A stretch of 64,000 nucleotides of DNA from Candidatus Enterousia sp. Its GTDB lineage: Bacteria; Pseudomonadota; Alphaproteobacteria; Rs-D84. The notes under the pieces are model-generated. The model saw only the letters and a list, made by a program, of their open reading frames with translations, was not told the DNA's origin and made no database searches. Of the stretch, positions 57,319 to 64,000 are shown piece by piece. The first letter of the stretch is position 1; each line of letters opens with the position of its first letter. The translations under genes and the position numbers were made by a program. The stretch covers positions 88,618 through 152,617 of the forward strand of contig JAZROY010000001.1 in the NCBI GenBank assembly GCA_045648925.1, in the 5' to 3' direction.

Positions 57319-58785
57319 ATGAAATTAGGAAAAAATATATTCGGTGTTGGCGCAATGACCGGTATCAGCCGCGTATTTGGATTTATTCGCGATATGTTAA
57401 TTGCACGTTTTTTAGGTGCAGGAAGATTGTCAGATATATTCTTTGCCGCGTTTAAATTACCAAACCTGTTTCGCGACTTATTGGGCGAAGGCGCACTTTC
57501 CGCCATATTCATTCCCATGTACACAGATATGAAAAAGGATGAAAGTTTCGCAAAAAATGTTTTTTCTTGGTTAATGGTTATATTACTTGGCATAACAATT
57601 GTTTTTGAAATCTTTATGCCACTGATTATATGGGCGTTGGCACCCGGCTTTTCCGAAGACCCTGGAAAACTACAATTAACTGTGACCATTGCGCGTATAA
57701 TGTTCTTTTATGTTATATTTATCTGTGGGGCTGCGTTTTTATCGGCTGTGTTAAATGCACATTCACGATTTTTATTGGCAGCTTTTATGCCTGTGTTGTT
57801 AAACATTATGTTGATTTGTGCCTTGGTTGCGTCAATCTGGTATGGGAATCAGTATATTATCTATGTAATGGCAGGAACCGTAGTTCTTTCCGGAATAATC
57901 CAATTCTTGACTCTTTGGAAACGAATACGCAGTAAGCATTTTGGGCTGCGTCTGATAATCCCACATTGGAACAGCCAGATTAAAAACATGTTCAAAAGAT
58001 TCGGGGTCAGTTTGGTTGGTTCTGGCTTTTATCAAATAACCATTATTGTTGGAACCTTGGTGGCCAGCTGGCAAAGCGGTGCTGTATCATGGCTTTATTA
58101 TTCAGACCGTATGGTTCAATTACCTTTTGCGATGATTGGTCTGGCGGTTGGGACAGTGTTAATTTCTTCTATTTCAAAAGCATTAACTGAAAAAAATATG
58201 CGAAGTGTTTATTTACAACAAAATTCATCTATGCGCCGTTCTATGATGTTGATTATGCCTTGCGTGGTTGGGCTGTTCGTGTTGGCAGAACCAATTATTC
58301 GGATTTTATTTCAACACGGTGCTTGGACCCCAGAATCTACCCAAGCAGTTGCGCTGGCGATAAAAATTCAATGTCTGGTATTACCTGCAATGTTAATCAG
58401 CCAGATTTACAGTAAAACATTATATGCTTCCCAAGATGTAAATACCCCGGTTCGAACAAGTGTTGTTTCTTTGGGGGTTGCGACTGTTATATATCTTGCC
58501 CTATTTCCTATTGTTGGTTATTTATCTATCCCTGTTGGTGTTGTAATCAGTGGTTATGTTAAAAACTATCTTTTGGGACGCGTATGTCGCAAACGCGCAC
58601 TGGTCAAAACAGACAGAAAAACAATTATTTCAATGTTTGTTTTTGCATTGTTGGCGGTGGCACTTGGTGGATTATTATCAATGTTTAGCATCGCAAATGT
58701 TTTGGTGCTTGGTATCGCGATTTGTGCGTTTGGGATTTTATACCTGCCGATTGCGTTTGTGATTGATAGATTTATCATAAAATAA
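57319..58785 (+). CDS. murJ: Lipid II flippase MurJ
   Basis: SRVFGFIRD, AFKLPNLFR...EGALSA.FIP, LYYSDRMVQLP. Confidence 0.95.
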   Translation: MKLGKNIFGVGAMTGISRVFGFIRDMLIARFLGAGRLSDIFFAAFKLPNLFRDLLGEGALSAIFIPMYTDMKKDESFAKNVFSWLMVILLGITIVFEIFMPLIIWALAPGFSEDPGKLQLTVTIARIMFFYVIFICGAAFLSAVLNAHSRFLLAAFMPVLLNIMLICALVASIWYGNQYIIYVMAGTVVLSGIIQFLTLWKRIRSKHFGLRLIIPHWNSQIKNMFKRFGVSLVGSGFYQITIIVGTLVASWQSGAVSWLYYSDRMVQLPFAMIGLAVGTVLISSISKALTEKNMRSVYLQQNSSMRRSMMLIMPCVVGLFVLAEPIIRILFQHGAWTPESTQAVALAIKIQCLVLPAMLISQIYSKTLYASQDVNTPVRTSVVSLGVATVIYLALFPIVGYLSIPVGVVISGYVKNYLLGRVCRKRALVKTDRKTIISMFVFALLAVALGGLLSMFSIANVLVLGIAICAFGILYLPIAFVIDRFIIK

Positions 58786-58864
58786 AGTTTGCAAGTCGCT
58801 TTTATTTATGATACAATAACAAATGTAAGAATAAACGGGGTTGCCCCATAAAAGGAGTGAGAAT

Positions 58865-59752
58865 ATGAAAAAAGTGGTATCTTTGGCGGTATTGACCGCT
58901 TTGGTTGCTGGATGTATGGATTTAAATTCCAAAGACAATAATGCTACGTATGGCTATGACGGATTTGCCGAAGAACAATTGGCACCTGCCGACAACACAT
59001 TAAATACGAATGCCTATTTGATGGCGGCTGCACCAAAATATTATATCGGCAGTCCGTACAAGGTTGAAGATGTTCAATATATCCCTGGCGAAGATTTGTC
59101 TTATAATCAAACTGGTGTTGCAGGCATAATTCCAATGGAATTGAACGGTTCAAAAACAAGCGACGGTGAAACATTTGATTCAAATCAAATGGTTGCAACC
59201 AGTAAAACATTGCCATTACCATCTATTGTAAAGGTTACAAATCTTGACAACGGAAATGCAGTTGTGGTTCGTGTAAACAATCGTGGTCCATTTGTAAATA
59301 CTCGTATTATGGATTTATCATCTGCTGCGGCTGAAAAAATTGGGTTAAAAGGCACAGCAAAGGTTCAAATTCAGGTTATGTCTGATGAATCAATTGCTGT
59401 GAAAAATGCTACATTGGGCGAAACGGTAAAGACAGAAACAACAACTGTCCAAGAAACAGTAACTGAAACACCTGCCCCGGCACCAACACCAGTTGCTGCT
59501 GCACCGGTTGCTGGCGATTACAGTGTCCAGGTTGCCGCGGTTTACAGCGAAGATAACGCAAATGCGTTGGCACGCGAATTGGCATCTTATGGAAACGCCG
59601 TGGTTGTTCGTGAAAATGATATGTACAAGGTGCGTATTATCAACCTTGACGCAGCGGGCGCGCGCCGTGTTATTGATGCATTGCGTAATGACAAAGGTAT
59701 GTCCCCTGGTCTGTTAAAATCTGGAAAATGGATTAACGCAGATAGCATTTAA
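58865..59752 (+). CDS. rlpA: Septal lytic transglycosylase RlpA family lipoprotein with SPOR domain
   Basis: Lipobox VAGC; IGSPYKV, KTLPLPS.VKVTNL, VRVNNRGPF, RIMDLS; SPOR-like C-terminus. Confidence 0.88.
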   Translation: MKKVVSLAVLTALVAGCMDLNSKDNNATYGYDGFAEEQLAPADNTLNTNAYLMAAAPKYYIGSPYKVEDVQYIPGEDLSYNQTGVAGIIPMELNGSKTSDGETFDSNQMVATSKTLPLPSIVKVTNLDNGNAVVVRVNNRGPFVNTRIMDLSSAAAEKIGLKGTAKVQIQVMSDESIAVKNATLGETVKTETTTVQETVTETPAPAPTPVAAAPVAGDYSVQVAAVYSEDNANALARELASYGNAVVVRENDMYKVRIINLDAAGARRVIDALRNDKGMSPGLLKSGKWINADSI

Positions 59753-59770
59753 TTCAATATAAATTATTAG

Positions 59771-59793
59771 ACCGCCCAATTGGGCGGTTTTTT
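59771..59793 (+). terminator. Intrinsic terminator
   Basis: ACCGCCC-AATT-GGGCGGTTTTTT. Confidence 0.7.
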
Positions 59794-59848
59794 TATGCTT
59801 GATTTATTTTTGCATCGTGTTATAAATCACAAAAAAAGGAAGAAAATC

Positions 59849-60382
59849 ATGCGTATTTTTATTTTTATCACTTTGTGTTTATCACTAGCCGGTTGTAATA
59901 GTGTTTATATGAAACCAGGCACAATGGACACCAGTAAATTGATTTATGCGCCACGCGCAGGGTATTCAATGGCGCGTTCTATTAAACAGACAATGGAAGA
60001 ACGCGGATATAGTATTAGTGTTGGCAAACTGACCCGTGTTTCCGAAGTTTCTGGTACCGAAACATATCAAATTCCAGACAACGCAAGATATGCAGTTAAT
60101 GTCAAAGAACGCAGTGAAAAATTGCGCCCAATATGGTGTATGTTTAATGGCTTTTGGTGGTGGAGTTTTAATGTATCTATCATAGACAGATCCAACAACA
60201 ATGAAATCATGACTTGGCGTGGACGCGGATGTGCAAATTCGTCTTTGCGCAAATTGAACAAGATTTTGGACGAATTAGAAATGGAAGAATCAGAAAAACA
60301 ACCTGTTCAAAAAGCGACCCCTAAACCGAAAAAGAAAAAACAAAATAATAATTTAGTTATTCTTGCACCAAAAGCACAATAA
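59849..60382 (+). CDS. Hypothetical lipoprotein
   Basis: SD AAGGA; lipobox LAGC. Confidence 0.75.
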   Translation: MRIFIFITLCLSLAGCNSVYMKPGTMDTSKLIYAPRAGYSMARSIKQTMEERGYSISVGKLTRVSEVSGTETYQIPDNARYAVNVKERSEKLRPIWCMFNGFWWWSFNVSIIDRSNNNEIMTWRGRGCANSSLRKLNKILDELEMEESEKQPVQKATPKPKKKKQNNNLVILAPKAQ

Positions 60383-60408
60383 AAAACACCGCAATTGCGG
60401 TGTTTTTT
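60381..60408. terminator. Bidirectional intrinsic terminator
   Basis: AAAAAACACCGC-AATT-GCGGTGTTTTTT. Confidence 0.7.
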
Positions 60409-60412
60409 ATTT

Positions 60413-61033
60413 TTAATCTTTGTTTGCGTATTCACAAAAACCTTCGCTGGTGTCACAACGTGAAATCACGCCTTCGCTGATAAAATATCCTTGGGTATGA
60501 AGGCATGCTGGGCAAATCTTTGGTGCTTCCTTGCCAATATGCCAATTTCCACAGTTTGTGCAACGCCACATTACGATTTTATCAGATTTGAACAATGTTC
60601 CGTTTTCGATTGCTTCCGCCAATGCGCGAAATCTTGATTCATGATAACGTTCTGCATATCCGATGTTTTTAAGCACTTCTGCGATTGCGGTAAAGCCCTC
60701 TTTGGCGGCGATTTCTGCAAAGCGCGGATACATATCTGTATTTTCTTCGTGTTCACCAAAAGCCGCGGCTTTTAAATTTTCAAGCGTATCGCCGATTTTA
60801 CCAGCTGGGAAAGCGGCGGTGATTTCCAATTCGCCCCCTTCGAGATATTTAAACAAACGTTCTGCATGTTCTTTTTCTTGGGCGGCAGTTTCTTCGAATA
60901 TTTTTCCAATCGCCTCAAACCCGTCTTTTTTGGCAGCGGATGCAAAGAAAGTATAACGATTACGCGCCTGGGATTCACCAGCAAAAGCGATTAAAAGATT
61001 TTTTTCTGTTTGGGTTCCTTTTAAAGATGACAT
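60413..61033 (-). CDS. rbr: Rubrerythrin
   Basis: AFAGESQARNRY, EKEHA, GEHEE..MYP, E.YHE, CTNCG...CPAC. Confidence 0.95.
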   Translation of the reverse strand: MSSLKGTQTEKNLLIAFAGESQARNRYTFFASAAKKDGFEAIGKIFEETAAQEKEHAERLFKYLEGGELEITAAFPAGKIGDTLENLKAAAFGEHEENTDMYPRFAEIAAKEGFTAIAEVLKNIGYAERYHESRFRALAEAIENGTLFKSDKIVMWRCTNCGNWHIGKEAPKICPACLHTQGYFISEGVISRCDTSEGFCEYANKD

Positions 61034-61167
61034 TTATATTCTCCTTTGTTTTGTTTATGACAAAAGCGATACTATCAAAAGGTATAAAAAAAATCAACAA
61101 ATTTGAAAAAATAGTTGTTGACCAAGATTTTTGTTTTTTAGTAGCATATTATTGATTGGAAAGGATA

Positions 61168-64000
61168 ATGGGAATAAAAAAGCATTTTATCTTTGCGATA
61201 TTTGCTGTGTTTTTTGCCGTATTCGGCGGTGTTTGTGGTGCGTGGGCAGTAGACAATTTACCAGAATGTAACAATCGCATTCCAATTGTGAATTTGGATC
61301 AAGGATTTGGCGGAGCAACTATTGATGGTGAAGATATTTCGGGCTTTGATATAACGGTAAATCTGTCAAATGGCCGTCAAATATTTGCGGTCGCATATTG
61401 CAGTGATACTGATGATGGCTCTGGTTCCACCCCCGGCGAAGGTCTTGGGGAACATTGTTGGTGTGGTATAAATCGTTATAATGATGGGACCCATATGTTT
61501 TCACCAAACATTACAACATGGAGATATTTTCAACCTTTGGGGTCTTATTCCGATTGTGAAGCACAATGCGCAACAGAGTGTTTTGGTACTGTAATTCGTC
61601 CGGATTATGAGTATTTTGGAAATCAAATTGGACTCTGTCTGGAATTTGAAGAACAATGCTCAGACACGAATCTGAGCCACATTGCCGATTATGACGGTGA
61701 TTTTTGTGCTTCAATCGCCACTACTTCTGATCCAGCTTATCCCAATTGGTCAATGGAATTTGATGGCGGACAAAGAATAATCGGAACAGCATTTTGCAGT
61801 TATGCCAATGATGGTTCTGGCAACACAACACCGGGAATACTGCCTGGACAACACTGTTGGTGTGGTATAACCGAATACACCGATGCCGGTGGCAATACAT
61901 ATCAATCAAGCCCCGCAACATGGTGGTATAATGGAGGTTTGGGTGATATCGATTCTTGTGAATCTGTCTGTGCTGATAATTGTTTGCGAGATTATGAAGA
62001 TCGTGACAAACGTTGTACCATAGATGAAGCAACAGGAATTTGTTATTCGGCATCACCATCAACATATTCTGTGACATATTCATGTAATGGTGGGTCTGGC
62101 TCAATAGCTGATCAGGGGCCGTATTCACCCGGCACAACAGTGACAGCACCAGCATCTAACAGTTGCACTGCACCAGCGAACTATACTTTCGCAAATTGGT
62201 CTTGCACCGGTGGGGTTGGGAATGTATCTGGTAGTGGAACATTTACGATGCCTGCGACAGATGTGACATGCAGCGCACAATGGAATCCAAATATTTACAC
62301 CATAACATTAAGAAATTATACCAATAATTCTACACACGGTTATGCATATGAAAAATACGGAACTGGGTGGTACAGTAATGCCGCAGCAACAACAATTCTT
62401 AGTACGGCAACCGTTCCAACACGTTCAAATTATACATTCCGTGGATATTATACCACGACACAATCTGATTTGACTTCCAGCGGGGGTAGCGGAACACGTC
62501 GCATTACGAACTCTGGTGGGTTACCATCGAACACAACATTTAGTTCAAACACAAATTTGTATGCAGCGTGGGCAAGAAATTGTTCCGCAGGAACTGGATG
62601 TAACTGTACATTAACCGTAAACAATAACGGAACTGTCACATATACAACAAGTGCGCAAACTGGATACACATTAACCAGTGGTTCTGGAACATATGCACCG
62701 GTGTGTTCATTGGTTGATTATACCGTATCTTTTGCGCGTGGCAATGGCGGTGCTGGCGGGACAATGTCCAGCCAAACCGGTAAACATTATGGCGACACTA
62801 TAACTTTACCAGCAAATGGATTTACCGCTCCGTCGGGATATGTATTTAATGGTTGGTCTTGTGACAACGGTATTGGCAACAAGGCGGTTGGTGCAACATT
62901 TAGTATGCCCGCAGCGAATGTGACCTGCACTGCACAATGGGCAAATACTTTTCCATTTACATTGACAACAACAAGTTTGACCGCCAACACCAGAACATTC
63001 ACATTTAATATATCTGCAGCAGGAACCTTTTATGTTAATTGTGGCAGCGGTGGAACATTATCTGGAACTGGGGTTTCTGGAAACACAATAACAAAAAATG
63101 ATACCACCCAGTACGAATACACATGTACATATAGCACTAATGGTATAAAAACAATCGAATTCGGTGGTACTGCAACATCTTATACAACAAGCAACAACAT
63201 GTACCCAGCAATTAGTTTTACCCCCAGCGCATCCAAGGTGGCAAGTATCACTGGCGATTTATCCGCGATATTTCCATACCTGGGGTCAACTGATGGGCAA
63301 TATCCGCGCTTTATTCAAACATTTGAAGGTTGTACCCATTTAACATCAATTCCATATACATTGTTTGCTAGTTTATCTGGCAGTGGAAAATTTATGTTTT
63401 CAAGCACATTTTCTGGATGTACAGGATTGACATCTATCCCAAGTGGTCTGTTTGATTTTAATGGCACAAATGTATCTGGCGCAACAGGCATGTTCTCAAG
63501 CACATTTTCTGGATGTACTGGTTTAACTGGGGCAAACGCAATTCCATCTGGATTATTTTCACATGTCACATCCAGCGCAGGAAACATGTTCAGTTCCACA
63601 TTTTCTGGGTGCACAAGTTTAACGACACTGCCGTCTGGGTTATTTGATTTTAATGGAACAGCTGTAGCGGGCGCACCCACTATGTTTTCAAGCACGTTTT
63701 CTGGATGCACTGGATTGACATCTGTACCATCTGGATTATTGGGCAGTTTTACCAGCGGTGGCACATCTATGTTCCTTAACATGTTCGATAGCTGTTCTAA
63801 TTTGGATACCTTACCAAACAATCTGTTTTCATTCACCACCAACATAACTGGTGGGGCTTATATGTTTGCCAACACATTTGCCAACTGTGTCAGTTTAACA
63901 ACATTGCCCGATAATTTGTTTGGTTTTAACAATCATACTGCAACTGGTAATCAGGGTATGTTTGAACGCACTTTTGACGGATGTACTGGATTGACAACAC
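61168..64000 (+). CDS. Large surface protein, partial (runs off the window): Cys-rich modules, B-repeats, BspA-like LRRs
   Basis: Absent from the ORF track because it has no stop in the window. ATG after AAGGA; signal peptide MGIKKHFIFAIFAV...AWA; HCWC modules; MFSSTFSGCTGLTSIPSGLF repeats from about 63310. Confidence 0.88.
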   Translation, partial: MGIKKHFIFAIFAVFFAVFGGVCGAWAVDNLPECNNRIPIVNLDQGFGGATIDGEDISGFDITVNLSNGRQIFAVAYCSDTDDGSGSTPGEGLGEHCWCGINRYNDGTHMFSPNITTWRYFQPLGSYSDCEAQCATECFGTVIRPDYEYFGNQIGLCLEFEEQCSDTNLSHIADYDGDFCASIATTSDPAYPNWSMEFDGGQRIIGTAFCSYANDGSGNTTPGILPGQHCWCGITEYTDAGGNTYQSSPATWWYNGGLGDIDSCESVCADNCLRDYEDRDKRCTIDEATGICYSASPSTYSVTYSCNGGSGSIADQGPYSPGTTVTAPASNSCTAPANYTFANWSCTGGVGNVSGSGTFTMPATDVTCSAQWNPNIYTITLRNYTNNSTHGYAYEKYGTGWYSNAAATTILSTATVPTRSNYTFRGYYTTTQSDLTSSGGSGTRRITNSGGLPSNTTFSSNTNLYAAWARNCSAGTGCNCTLTVNNNGTVTYTTSAQTGYTLTSGSGTYAPVCSLVDYTVSFARGNGGAGGTMSSQTGKHYGDTITLPANGFTAPSGYVFNGWSCDNGIGNKAVGATFSMPAANVTCTAQWANTFPFTLTTTSLTANTRTFTFNISAAGTFYVNCGSGGTLSGTGVSGNTITKNDTTQYEYTCTYSTNGIKTIEFGGTATSYTTSNNMYPAISFTPSASKVASITGDLSAIFPYLGSTDGQYPRFIQTFEGCTHLTSIPYTLFASLSGSGKFMFSSTFSGCTGLTSIPSGLFDFNGTNVSGATGMFSSTFSGCTGLTGANAIPSGLFSHVTSSAGNMFSSTFSGCTSLTTLPSGLFDFNGTAVAGAPTMFSSTFSGCTGLTSVPSGLLGSFTSGGTSMFLNMFDSCSNLDTLPNNLFSFTTNITGGAYMFANTFANCVSLTTLPDNLFGFNNHTATGNQGMFERTFDGCTGLTT

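Noticed and set aside
453-60984. Numerous 60-190 aa ORFs nested in or antisense to recognised genes
   Set aside because: Shadow frames of longer, motif-supported CDSs.
63315-63845. Repetitive minus-strand ORF (176 aa)
   Set aside because: It is the antisense shadow of the plus-strand LRR gene starting at 61168.

Overview
AT-rich, gene-dense chromosomal segment of an alphaproteobacterium (DUF1013/TrcR, DUF2155, AddA, a TipN/GPR-like protein, Tat-exported amidase, BamD). The giant Cys-rich B-repeat/LRR surface proteins and anaerobe-type genes suggest an uncultured gut or rumen lineage such as Rs-D84/Ca. Enterousia; this is inference only. The window holds about 55 genes read in the standard code and five tRNAs. 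Genes include rpsP-rimM-trmD-rplS, tsaD, xseA, recN, a split addA, rpoD, cysS, a fused accD-accA, a frameshifted prfB, rnj, rpsD, trpS, xerC, class II lysS, guaC, tgt-queA, era, bamD, murJ and rlpA. I found no rRNA, CRISPR array, transposase or prophage. The most interesting signals are: (1) a Lys-rich leader peptide with mutually exclusive antiterminator and terminator hairpins upstream of lysS; (2) ten unrelated accessory proteins ending in a C-terminal Arg (mostly [QTVI]R-stop), a candidate export or degradation signal; (3) structured elements after three tRNAs that carry inverted copies, and in two cases direct copies, of their own tRNA 3' end; (4) a multi-hairpin 5' leader with a possible RBS-sequestering switch upstream of a lysozyme-like gene; (5) a primary sigma factor lacking the first Trp of the W-dyad; (6) a divergent RelA/SpoT-like protein. 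All assignments come from reading motifs by eye; no database searches were run.
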